A program made the position numbers and the translations under genes. A stretch of DNA of 64,000 bases, taken from positions 32,001-96,000 of the forward strand of contig CAWFCQ010000005.1 in the NCBI GenBank assembly GCA_963814375.1, in the 5' to 3' direction. Below are positions 28,394 through 38,773 of this stretch, piece after piece. The notes under the pieces are model-generated. The model worked only from the letters and a program-made list of their open reading frames with translations, had not been told where the DNA came from and ran no database searches. Each line of letters opens with the position of its first letter. The first letter of the stretch is position 1. The DNA comes from an uncultured Chloroflexia bacterium. Its GTDB lineage: Bacteria; Chloroflexota; Limnocylindria; QHBO01.

Positions 28394-28596
28394 CCCGGAA
28401 CTCCGTGCGGCGGTGTCGGGCGGCTCGGGTCGCCCTGTCGATACGCTACGGACGGGCGGACGAATGTCAGTAGCCGAGTCGTCCCGGTTGGTGGGGTGAC
28501 TCGGCCCGCGCCAGGTACCAGTGGGACCCGGACCATTCGTGCAACTCCCCGGCACGCAACGTGCGGGAAGGATTCCCTGCTGCTCGGGGGAATGGA

Positions 28597-29007
28597 ATGA
28601 AGCGCCACTCGGTCCTCGTCGTCGACGACGAGCAAGCCGTCCGATCCCTCTATGCCGATGCCCTCGAGGAGGCGGGCCACGCGGTGGCGATCGCGATCGA
28701 TGGCACCGATGCCCTGGAGCGGATGCGTCGAGGGTCGCACCCGTGTGTCGTCCTGGCGGACGCGCACATGCCGCGGATGGACGGCTTCGAGCTCGCACGC
28801 GAGGCGGGGAACGATCCGCAGCTGGCGAGCATCCCGATCGTCGTGGTCACCGGCGACCGCATCCTGTCGTTCAGCTCGCCCGCGCGCGACAAGCCCTTCT
28901 CTGTGCCGGAGCTGAACGCGCTCGTCCAGCGCTCATGCAGCCTGCATCGCGAGACCGAGCCTGCTCGCGACGATGGACGGGAGCCGAAGCCCGGCGGCTT
29001 GGCATAG
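28597..29007 (+). CDS. Stand-alone response regulator receiver
   Basis: VLVVDDE, D..MPRMDG, VTG and KPF. Confidence 0.9.
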   Translation: MKRHSVLVVDDEQAVRSLYADALEEAGHAVAIAIDGTDALERMRRGSHPCVVLADAHMPRMDGFELAREAGNDPQLASIPIVVVTGDRILSFSSPARDKPFSVPELNALVQRSCSLHRETEPARDDGREPKPGGLA

Positions 29008-29036
29008 GCGGCACGACAGAGCATCATCGGCGGACG

Positions 29037-29393
29037 ATGACGGAGATCGTGGACGTCGAGCCGCTGTCGGCCCTCGGGCCTGAGCAGGGAGGTGGTCCGC
29101 CGCTCCTTCTGCCGTGGACACTCGTCGTCGCCGACGAGGACTGGTCGGCTGACCTGGAGCACGGCGCTGCCCTTCCGCGGGTTGGCGATCAGATCGAGTT
29201 CATCGCCGATGACGGCTCACAGCGCAAGTTCCGCGTGATTGACATCGTCCACACCGTTCAGAGCTCGGCAACCGGACGCCCGCTCGTGCGCGACGAGACG
29301 GAACCGAATTCGACCGTCGAGGGCGGCGGTGACCGCCAGCCTCAGGTCTTGCGTGCGGGGCTGCCGCGCGTCGTCGTGCGCGCCGAAGTCTGA
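29037..29393 (+). CDS. Hypothetical protein
   Basis: ORF filling the gap; LPRVGDQIEF beta-rich segment. Confidence 0.5.
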   Translation: MTEIVDVEPLSALGPEQGGGPPLLLPWTLVVADEDWSADLEHGAALPRVGDQIEFIADDGSQRKFRVIDIVHTVQSSATGRPLVRDETEPNSTVEGGGDRQPQVLRAGLPRVVVRAEV

Positions 29394-29400
29394 GCTCCCG

Positions 29401-30753
29401 TCAGGCGAGCCCATTGCGCCGAGCGACCTCGGAGTACCACCGCGCCGAGTCCTTCGGGATGCGCCGCTGGGTGGCGTAGTCGACGTACGTGATGCCGAAC
29501 CGCGGCCCATACCCGAGGGCCCACTCGAAGTTATCGAGCAGCGACCACGTGAAGTAGCCGCGCACGTCGACGCCCCGATTGATCGCACGCTCGAGCGCGG
29601 CGATGTGGGTTCGCATGAACTCCACCCTTCGCGCGTCATGGATCTCACCGTCGGCGGACGGCCCATCGTTGACGGCGCAGCCGTTCTCTGTGATCAGGAA
29701 CGGGACCGATCCGTAGTCCTTCGCGAGGCGCAGGAGCAGATCGGTGAAGCAGTCGGGAACCATCTCCCAGCCGACATCGGACCGCGGGATCTCCGGCCTC
29801 GGCTCGATGCTGATGGCAAATGGGAGCTCGCTGGCCTCGTCGGGCGGCGGCGCACGCACGATCTGCCGCGAGTAGTAGTTGACGCCCAGGAAGTCGATCG
29901 GCCGGTTGATGCGACCGAGGTCTCCGTCCCGAATCCAGTCGAGCGAGAAACGGCCGGCGTAATGGTCGAGCAGCTCGGCCGGATAGGCGCCCCGGAAGAT
30001 CGGGTCGAGATACCAGCGGTTGCGATACGCGTCGGCCATCGCGACGGCGGCGTTGTCCGCATCCGTGTCGGACTCGGGATAGGTCGGATACAGGTCGAGC
30101 GTGATGCCGATGGGTGCCGCCACCCCAGCCGCGCGATGCGCGTCGACCGCCGCCCCGTGGCTGAGGAGGAGGTGGTGAGCGACGCGGAGCTCGGCCTCGA
30201 GGTCGGTCACGCCCGGCGCGTGGCGCCCCTGTCGATGCGCGACCGCGGCGAAGACCCACGGCTCGTTGTGGGTGATCCACCACGCGACCCCGTCGCCGAG
30301 CGCCTCGTACACGATGGCGGCGAACTCCCCGAAACGATCGACGATGTCGCGGTTCTGAAATCCGCCGCCGTCGTCCTGGAGCGCCTGCGGCAGGTCCCAG
30401 TGGTACAGCGTCGGCGCCGGCCGGATGCCACGCTCGACGAGCCGATCGACGAGGCGCCGGTAGAAGTCGATCCCCTTCTGGTTGGGTGCGCCGCGACCAT
30501 CGGGCTGGATGCGCGGCCAGTCGACGCTGAACCGATAGGCGTTCAGGCCGTACGAGGCCATCAGCTCGATGTCATCGGCCCAGCGATGGTAGTGATCGCA
30601 GGCGACGTCGCCGGTCTCGCCGTTGGCGACTTTGCCGGGCGTGCGGCAGAAGGTGTCCCAGATCGACGTGCCGCGACCGTCCTCGCCGACCGCCCCCTCG
30701 ATCTGGTAGCTGCTGGTCGCGGTGCCCCAGGCGAAGCCGTCCGGGAATGGCAT
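29401..30753 (-). CDS. GH1 beta-glucosidase
   Basis: FAWGTATSSYQIEG, TLYHWDLP, HNEP, ITENG and DNFEW. Confidence 0.95.
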   Translation of the reverse strand: MPFPDGFAWGTATSSYQIEGAVGEDGRGTSIWDTFCRTPGKVANGETGDVACDHYHRWADDIELMASYGLNAYRFSVDWPRIQPDGRGAPNQKGIDFYRRLVDRLVERGIRPAPTLYHWDLPQALQDDGGGFQNRDIVDRFGEFAAIVYEALGDGVAWWITHNEPWVFAAVAHRQGRHAPGVTDLEAELRVAHHLLLSHGAAVDAHRAAGVAAPIGITLDLYPTYPESDTDADNAAVAMADAYRNRWYLDPIFRGAYPAELLDHYAGRFSLDWIRDGDLGRINRPIDFLGVNYYSRQIVRAPPPDEASELPFAISIEPRPEIPRSDVGWEMVPDCFTDLLLRLAKDYGSVPFLITENGCAVNDGPSADGEIHDARRVEFMRTHIAALERAINRGVDVRGYFTWSLLDNFEWALGYGPRFGITYVDYATQRRIPKDSARWYSEVARRNGLA

Positions 30754-30760
30754 GCTCCGC

Positions 30761-31814
30761 TCAGGCCCAGGGCAGCTGAATCGGGATGAGGGCGTTGAGG
30801 AAGAGGCCGCCGATGAGCAGCGCACCGGCGCGGCGGGTGTGGATGAACGCGGCGCCCACGAACCACAGCGGCCAGCCGACGTAGGCGTGGGGCGCGACCT
30901 CCGGCCTCGGCTTCGGCGAAGACCGCGAGCACCTCGAGGAGGCGCGGCACGCCGAGGAGCACGAGCGCAACCCACGGGCCGATGAAGCCGACGGCCGCGG
31001 CGCCGATGACGATCGGGTAGAAGGCGACCATCATCACCTGCGCCACACGGCGGGCGGTCGCCTCGCCCAGGATGACGGGCAGGGTTCGGATGCGCTTGGC
31101 CGCATCGGCGTCGATCTTGTCGATGTGCTTCCCGAACAGCACGGTGGTGACGAGGATCGCGTATGGCAGCGAGGCGAGCCAGACCCACCCGGGGATCTGG
31201 CCGGTGGCGACGAAGAAGGTGCCGCCCACCATCAGCGGGCCCCAGACGATGAACACCCCCGGCTCCCCGAGCCCGATGTGCTTGAGCCGGATCGGCGGGG
31301 CGACGTAGAAGACGCTCACGAAGAGGCCAGCCAGCGCGAACACGATGACGAGCGGTCCGCGCTGGGTCGCGAGGAACAGCATGATCGCGAGGTCGATCGC
31401 GTTGGCGACAAGGATGGCGATCCCGAGCTGGCGCTTGGTGACCCACCCCGACAGCACCGGGTGCGGGGCGTACAGCGCCCGCACGTAGTCCGCGGTGTCG
31501 ACCCCGCCTTCCAGGTCGAAGTAGTCGTTGATCATGTTGTTGGCGGCGTGCGCGACCACGAGTCCGATGACCGCCAGCGCCAGCAGCCCCCAGTCGACGG
31601 AGACCTCGCCGGTAAGGCGAGCGGCGCCCACTGCCAGCAGGCCGCCGATGAGGCCCGAGGTGGCCGTCATGCTGAAGACCGCCGCCCGCGTGATCACGAG
31701 CCACTTGCTGATCGCATCGGGAGGCGCCGCCATGCCCTCGGGCAGGTTTGCCGTCCGCATCACCGTCCGCCACACGGCCACGCGCTGGGGGAAGGTCATC
31801 GATCTCTCGGCCAT
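30761..31814 (-). CDS. UbiA/MenA-family prenyltransferase, frameshift near 30905
   Basis: ANNMINDYFD..GVD, LKHIGLGE, D..ADAA..RTL; C-terminus in another frame. Confidence 0.82.
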
Positions 31815-31884
31815 AACGTGATACTTACGCGTATCATGTTATTCGCCGGCAGCGGCATGTCAAATGAGCCGCCGTCGGTGGTGG

Positions 31885-31961
31885 TGGGGTGGCCTACGGG
31901 TCTCGAACCCGTAACCTTCGGAGCCACAATCCGATGCTCTGCCTATTGAGCTAAGGCCACC
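31885..31961 (-). tRNA. tRNA-His(GTG)
   Basis: Full cloverleaf with G-1:C73, anticodon GTG, TTCGAGA T loop and encoded CCA. Confidence 0.97.
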
Positions 31962-32040
31962 ACGAAACGTCGCGCGTGGTCGCAGCGCGACGCTGGCCTA
32001 TGGTGGCCGATGGGTGGCGACGGCGCAACCGATCTCGTCC

Positions 32041-32301
32041 TCAGTCGCGAGCAATGGCGCGCAGCACGAAAATCACGAGGATCGAGCCCAGCACGGCCAC
32101 GACGATGGCGCCGAGCAGGCCGCTCGACTCTGCCTGGCCGAGCACGTTCACCCACAGCCAGCCGCCGATGAGGCCGCCGGCGACGCCGATGAGCATCGTG
32201 CCGAGGCAACCGTATCGCTGCCGCCCGGGCACGAAGGCGCCGGCGATCGCGCCGGCGATCAGGCCGACGACGATCCATCCGAAGATCCCAAGGTCAGGCA
32301 C
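32041..32301 (-). CDS. GlsB/YeaQ/YmgE (transglycosylase-associated) membrane protein
   Basis: WIVVGLIAGAIA...G..GGLIGG..AVLGSI. Confidence 0.88.
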   Translation of the reverse strand: MPDLGIFGWIVVGLIAGAIAGAFVPGRQRYGCLGTMLIGVAGGLIGGWLWVNVLGQAESSGLLGAIVVAVLGSILVIFVLRAIARD

Positions 32302-32342
32302 ACGCTCCTCCTGTGCGGTCGCGCGGATGATGCCATCGCATG

Positions 32343-32825
32343 CTAGTCATCGATCGTGCGGGTCAGGTCGACGACGACCGCGCCGCCATCGACCTGCACC
32401 GGGAACCGATCGAGCCGCGGGTCGGCCGGATCGAGCGGCAGCCCGTCCAGGGTCCAGGCGCGACCCTCGCAGTCGGTGAGGCGATCGGCGCCGATCTCGA
32501 GCGGGCAGTCGGCGGTGACCGGGCTGGCCGCGCTGACGGCGGCGATGCTCCCGAACGGCGAGGGCGACACGATGATCGTGATCGCGACGCGGCCGTCACC
32601 CGCGTCGCGCTCGCCGTCCCAGCCGTACGACCGCGACAGCAGCAGCTCGCGCTGGACCGGCCCGCTGGCGACCGCGGCTGCAGTGCCGACGGTGACGATG
32701 CTGTCGTCGCGCGGCTCCGCGAACGTGAAGATCGCCGGACGCACGAGGAGCGCGACGATCAGCCCGGCGACCACGAGCAGGAGGCAACCCACCGCGTAGC
32801 GGCGGATCGGGACGGGCTCATCCAT
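32343..32825 (-). CDS. Membrane-anchored protein with degenerate Rieske-like fold
   Basis: TM, then ...DC...DCEGRAWTLDG...L.RFPVQVDGGAVVVD; CxH/CxxH ligands absent. Confidence 0.5.
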   Translation of the reverse strand: MDEPVPIRRYAVGCLLLVVAGLIVALLVRPAIFTFAEPRDDSIVTVGTAAAVASGPVQRELLLSRSYGWDGERDAGDGRVAITIIVSPSPFGSIAAVSAASPVTADCPLEIGADRLTDCEGRAWTLDGLPLDPADPRLDRFPVQVDGGAVVVDLTRTIDD

Positions 32826-33507
32826 CGGCGGCAGCCGCCGGAACCAGCTCGATGAGCGTCGCGCCGGTGCAGTTGTAGAAGAGCGTGTCGCCCACGAAGG
32901 CGCACCGCGCGTCGATCCCCCGCCGGACAAGGGCCGTGTGCCCGTGCAGCCACAGCGGCGGCGCGAGCCGGCTGTTCAGCCATCGGAAGGAGCGGAAGCC
33001 ACGATGGGCGACATCGGTGTCGTCGTTGATGCCGCGGGGCGGCGCGTGGCTCACCACGATCACCGGTCGCGCGTGCGTGGCGCGCAGCCACCCCATCGCG
33101 ACCTTGCCCCACATCCCTGCCGCCGATACCTGCATCCCCTCCCGGTTGTAGACCGGCGAGCCCGAGAAGCCGATGAGCCGCAGGCCGGCCTCCTCCACGA
33201 GGCGAGCGTCGGGCATCGGCTGCGGCAGCAGTACAGCCTCCGTGTGGGTCCACGCAGACCCCACGTCGTGGTTGCCGCGGACGTAGCGCAGCGGCGCGTG
33301 GAACGCGTCGGTCACGAAGGAGAGGTACTCGGGCTGAAGGTCGCCGGCGCCGACGATGAGGTCGATCGTTCCGAGCCCGTCGCGTGTTGCGGCGGAGTCG
33401 AGCGACGGGTCCGGCTCGTCGGATATGGCGAGGATGCGGATCGGCCGCCCGTCGCGATCGGCGAACGGGGCCGGATCGGGCCAGCGCAGCTGAAGGCGAT
33501 CGGTCAC
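32818..33507 (-). CDS. Calcineurin-like metallophosphoesterase
   Basis: ISD, AGDL, RGNHD, SHAPP and LHGH. Confidence 0.9.
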   Translation of the reverse strand: MTDRLQLRWPDPAPFADRDGRPIRILAISDEPDPSLDSAATRDGLGTIDLIVGAGDLQPEYLSFVTDAFHAPLRYVRGNHDVGSAWTHTEAVLLPQPMPDARLVEEAGLRLIGFSGSPVYNREGMQVSAAGMWGKVAMGWLRATHARPVIVVSHAPPRGINDDTDVAHRGFRSFRWLNSRLAPPLWLHGHTALVRRGIDARCAFVGDTLFYNCTGATLIELVPAAAADG

Positions 33508-34157
33508 GTGCCCGCTTCGTCGTCGCGGAGGAGGTCCTCGCGAGAGACACTGTCCGACGCGCTGCGCTGCTCGACGGTGCGTGAGCTGCGGCCACTGCCT
33601 GCCTGGCGCACCTCGGCATGGCCGATGAGGCTGCTGGCATCGAGCCTTGCCTGCCCGGGCTGCGCGACGCCCGGCAGCACGAGCTGGGTGACGTCGGCGT
33701 CGATCGCGACCGCACGCGCCAGGCGGGCGGCGGCGACCCGGTTGTGGCCGTCCTCCACCCAGTACGTGTCGCCGACCTGGACCAGGTCGACCGGCGGAAG
33801 AACCTCCAGGCGGTCCATGGCGCGGTTGATTCGCTGCCAGCGGGCGCCCCAGTTCGCGCCGCGCAGGCGCGGAAGCGGCAGGAAGTCGGCCATGTTCTGC
33901 GAGGGATGGCGCGTGGTGCCGACGATGCGATCGAGCGGGACCGTCCTGAGACCGTACGGTCGCCGCGGCGCCCTCGTGGCGCCGGGATGCGCGTCATAGA
34001 GCGACGGCAGAACCGTCCGCTCCGCTGCGCGGCGATCGGCCCCGGCATCGGCACGCCGCCGCCACGCCGTCCAGACGCGGCTCGCGAGAGCCGCCACGAT
34101 CAGGACAGCCGAGAGGCGGGCGACGATCCAGCGAAGGCTGGTCAGAACGAGTGGCAT
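33504..34157 (-). CDS. ParB/Sulfiredoxin-like domain protein with N-terminal hydrophobic segment
   Basis: VPLDRIVG..DFLP..RW, LPPVDL..YWVEDGHNRVAAAR. Confidence 0.78.
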   Translation of the reverse strand: MPLVLTSLRWIVARLSAVLIVAALASRVWTAWRRRADAGADRRAAERTVLPSLYDAHPGATRAPRRPYGLRTVPLDRIVGTTRHPSQNMADFLPLPRLRGANWGARWQRINRAMDRLEVLPPVDLVQVGDTYWVEDGHNRVAAARLARAVAIDADVTQLVLPGVAQPGQARLDASSLIGHAEVRQAGSGRSSRTVEQRSASDSVSREDLLRDDEAGT

Positions 34158-34276
34158 GGCATGAGGGCTGCATTAGGGATGCGCGGTTGCAGCCCGTACT
34201 ATGATGCGTTCCCCGAGCGTGGGCCACGTGCCCAGCGCCCTCCGATCGTGCCGTGGCAATTAGGAGCGAGGACTCG

Positions 34277-35368
<1,092 letters not shown>

Positions 35369-35455
35369 CGGCGGCCCTCTCGCAGAGCCGCCGATCCCGG
35401 ATCAACTGGACGAGCGCGGCCAAGCCGCGCCTCTCACGCATGGTGGAGGAACCGA

Positions 35456-36772
35456 ATGAGGAAGTTTCGATACATAGCGCCGATGATCGCGGGCATTCTC
35501 GCCCTGTCGGCATGCACGCCGGGCGACGAGTCCGGGGGCAGCGATGGCGCTAGCGACGGCGGCGAGCTGGCCGCGGGCGACGGGACCATCGAGGTCACCT
35601 CGCTGTGGGGTGGCGCCGAGGCGGAGGCCTTCCAGGCCGTCCTGGACGCCTTCAGTGAGGCAAGCGGAGTCGAGGTCACCTACACCTCGGTCCGCAACGA
35701 ATACGCGACGGTCCTCAACAACCGCATCGCGCAGGACGACGCTCCCGACGTCGCGATCATCCCGGGCATCGGCTTCGTTCGAAGCTTCGCCCGAGACGAC
35801 CTGCTCATCCCGCTCTCCGATCTCGGCATCGATGCCAGTGCGATCGAGGGCAACTACGCGCCGGGCATCCTCGATGTCGGCGTCGTCAACGACGAGCTCG
35901 TCGCCCTGATGGTGAAGTACAACAGCAAGGCGACCATCTGGTTCAAGCCGCCGACCTTCGAGGAGAACGGCTACGAGATCCCAGCGACCTGGGACGACCT
36001 GACGGCGCTCACCGACCAGATGAAGACCGACGGCCTGACGCCGTGGGCGGTCGGGGCAGGCGACTCCTGGAACCTGACCGACATGTTCGAGATGATTTAC
36101 CTGACCACCGCCGGTGAGGAGGCGTACGACACGCTCTTCAGCGCGGAGGGCAACTGGACTGACCAGACCGTCATCGACGCCGCCAACCAGATGACCGACC
36201 TCTACACCGACGAGAACATCGCCGGCGGCATCACCGGCGCGCTTGCGACGCTGTTCGTCGACGGCATCGGCCAGGTGTTCAGCCCGAACGCCGACGCCGA
36301 GCTGTTCTACGAGGGCGGCTTCGTCGGCGGCATCGCCACCGGCGACGTCAATCCGGAGCTCGTGCCGGAGGAGACGATCGACTTCTTCGACTTCCCGCCG
36401 GCCGGCAAGGTCACCATCGGTGGTGACGTCATGGCGGCCTTCCGGGCCGACACCGACGTGGCGGAGTTCATGGAGTACCTGACCACGGTCGAGGCCGGAA
36501 CGGTCTGGGCCGAGGGCGGCACGATCATCTCTCCCATCCTCGGCGTGGAGACGAGCGTCTACGAGGACGTGAGCCCGCTCGCCGTCAAGGAGGCTGACCA
36601 GATCGCAAACGCCGAGGCTGCACGCTTCGACGGATCCGACCTGCTGCCGGCCGGCGCCGATCTCGGCGCGATCCTCCAGGCGATCCTCCAGGATCCGAGC
36701 GCTGCGGCGTCGCAGTTCGAGACGTTCCAGGCCACCGTCGACCAGGCCTGGGCCGACGAGGAGGGCGGCTGA
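35456..36772 (+). CDS. Sugar ABC substrate-binding lipoprotein
   Basis: Lipobox LSAC; family-1 SBP motifs, FDGSDL. Confidence 0.92.
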   Translation: MRKFRYIAPMIAGILALSACTPGDESGGSDGASDGGELAAGDGTIEVTSLWGGAEAEAFQAVLDAFSEASGVEVTYTSVRNEYATVLNNRIAQDDAPDVAIIPGIGFVRSFARDDLLIPLSDLGIDASAIEGNYAPGILDVGVVNDELVALMVKYNSKATIWFKPPTFEENGYEIPATWDDLTALTDQMKTDGLTPWAVGAGDSWNLTDMFEMIYLTTAGEEAYDTLFSAEGNWTDQTVIDAANQMTDLYTDENIAGGITGALATLFVDGIGQVFSPNADAELFYEGGFVGGIATGDVNPELVPEETIDFFDFPPAGKVTIGGDVMAAFRADTDVAEFMEYLTTVEAGTVWAEGGTIISPILGVETSVYEDVSPLAVKEADQIANAEAARFDGSDLLPAGADLGAILQAILQDPSAAASQFETFQATVDQAWADEEGG

Positions 36773-36800
36773 TCCAGAGCCTCAGGGCTCGCACAGACGA

Positions 36801-36828
36801 TCAGGGGCGGCCGCATGGCCGCCCCTGA
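36801..36828 (+). terminator. Intra-operon hairpin after the SBP gene
   Basis: TCAGGGGCGGCC-GCAT-GGCCGCCCCTGA, perfect 12-bp stem. Confidence 0.7.
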
Positions 36829-36852
36829 GTTCATCCGGCAGCGGAGCGAACG

Positions 36853-37773
36853 ATGACCGAGACCACCATCCCGAGGGAGGCGACCCGGCCCGGCGGACCC
36901 GGCTTCCTGCGTGGCTGGAACTGGACGGCCAGCCTCTTCCTGGCGCCGGCGATCCTCCTGCTCGCCGTCCTCATGCTCTATCCGACGATCAGCACGATCA
37001 TCCTCTCCTTCGACGAGGGGCTCGACAACTACGTCCGCCTCTTCACTCGCGACCCGGCATTCCTCGACCTGAGCACGTTCCCACCGTCGGGCGCCCTCTT
37101 CAACAACCTGCTGTGGGTCGTCTTCTACACCGGCGGATGCCTCTTCTTCGGCCTGCTGGTGGCGGTGATGGCGACGCGCGTGCGCTACGAGGCCGGGATC
37201 AAGGCCATCGTCTTCATCCCACAGGCGATCGCCGCGACGGCGCTCGGCGTCATCTGGCGCTTCGTCCTCTTCCCCGACCCCGACACGGGTCTCGCCAATG
37301 CCGTTATCGGCGTGTTCGGGCTCGGGCCGATCGCCTGGCTCGGGGATGTCAACTGGGTGAATACGGCGCTTATCACCGTCGGCGTCTGGGGCTCGGTCGG
37401 CTTCGCGACCGTGATCCTGTCGGCCGCGCTGAAGGGGATCAGCACCGAGATCCTCGAGGCTGCGCGCGTTGACGGCGCGAAGGAGGGCCAGATCTTCTGG
37501 CGGATCATCGTGCCGATGCTGTCGCTGCCGATCAGCGTGGTGGCGGTGACGCTCATCATCAACGTCGTCAAGCTCTTCGACCTGATCTTCGTCATGACCC
37601 GCGGTGGGCCAGGGACGGCGAGCCGGGTCATTGCCTTCAGCATGTACCAGGAGGCGCTGCCGGCCAGGAACTTCGACTACGGCGCGACGATCGCCGTGGT
37701 CATGCTCCTCCTCCTCCTTCCGGTGATGTTCTACAACGTCCGCCGATTCCGCTCCGAGAGGGTGATCCAATGA
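36853..37773 (+). CDS. Carbohydrate ABC permease
   Basis: EAARVDGA loop, TM helices. Confidence 0.95.
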   Translation: MTETTIPREATRPGGPGFLRGWNWTASLFLAPAILLLAVLMLYPTISTIILSFDEGLDNYVRLFTRDPAFLDLSTFPPSGALFNNLLWVVFYTGGCLFFGLLVAVMATRVRYEAGIKAIVFIPQAIAATALGVIWRFVLFPDPDTGLANAVIGVFGLGPIAWLGDVNWVNTALITVGVWGSVGFATVILSAALKGISTEILEAARVDGAKEGQIFWRIIVPMLSLPISVVAVTLIINVVKLFDLIFVMTRGGPGTASRVIAFSMYQEALPARNFDYGATIAVVMLLLLLPVMFYNVRRFRSERVIQ

Positions 37774-38669
37774 CCAGCGCGACACTGGGCGAGCCGCCGG
37801 TCCTGGCGCCGCCGCGCACCCCGGCTGAACGGATCATGCGCACCCTGAACAAGGCTCCGGTCCATATCGCGCTCGGGCTGATCGCCCTCATATGGCTGCT
37901 CCCGACGATCGGCCTGTTCGTCACCTCCTTCCGGCCCCGGAGCGAGATCCAGAACACGGGATGGTGGGAGACCTTCTTCGCAGGCGTCGGCGTCACGCTC
38001 GAGAATTACCAGCTCGTCCTCAACAACCCGCAGGCGGACATGCTGGGCGCGTTCATCAACAGCGTCCTGATCACCGTGCCGTCGACCGTGATCCCGGTGG
38101 TCATCGCGTCGTTCGCGGCCTATGCATTCGCATGGATCGACTTCCCGGGCCGCGACACCCTGTTCCTGGCGGTCATCGCGCTCCTCCTGATCCCGATCCA
38201 GATGGTGCTCATCCCGCTCAGCGCGCTGTACGGGACATTCGACATCTTCAGCACGTTCATCCCCGTCTGGCTGACGCACATCACGTTCGCCCTGCCGTTC
38301 GGGATCTTCCTGCTGCGGAACTTCTTCATCACCCTGCCGAGAGACCTCATCGAGGCGGCACGGATCGACGGCGCAACGAACTTCGGGATCTTCCGCAACG
38401 TGGTGGTCCCGCTCTCCGTGCCGGCGCTGGCGAGCTACGCGATCTTCCAGTTCCTGTGGGTCTGGAACGACCTACTGATCGCCCTCGTCTTCACGCGAGG
38501 CGAGCAGGCGCCGATGACGGTCCAGATCACTTCGCTGCTCGGCACCTACGCGTCGGAGTGGAATCTCCTATCCGCTGCGGCGTTCCTGGTGATGGCCGTC
38601 CCGCTCATCGTCTTCTTCAGCCTCCAGCGCTTCTTCGTTCAGGGCCTGCTGGCGGGCTCGGTCAAGTAG
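37770..38669 (+). CDS. Carbohydrate ABC permease
   Basis: EAARIDGA, WNDLL and QRFFVQG. Confidence 0.95.
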   Translation: MTSATLGEPPVLAPPRTPAERIMRTLNKAPVHIALGLIALIWLLPTIGLFVTSFRPRSEIQNTGWWETFFAGVGVTLENYQLVLNNPQADMLGAFINSVLITVPSTVIPVVIASFAAYAFAWIDFPGRDTLFLAVIALLLIPIQMVLIPLSALYGTFDIFSTFIPVWLTHITFALPFGIFLLRNFFITLPRDLIEAARIDGATNFGIFRNVVVPLSVPALASYAIFQFLWVWNDLLIALVFTRGEQAPMTVQITSLLGTYASEWNLLSAAAFLVMAVPLIVFFSLQRFFVQGLLAGSVK

Positions 38670-38773
38670 TCGCAACGGCGGGGTGCCCGATGAGTCGGGC
38701 GCCCCGCGCAGTCACCGGGGCTACGTCATTCGTCGTAGGCGACGCGCGACCGTGAGCCGCTAGGCTCAGGGCG

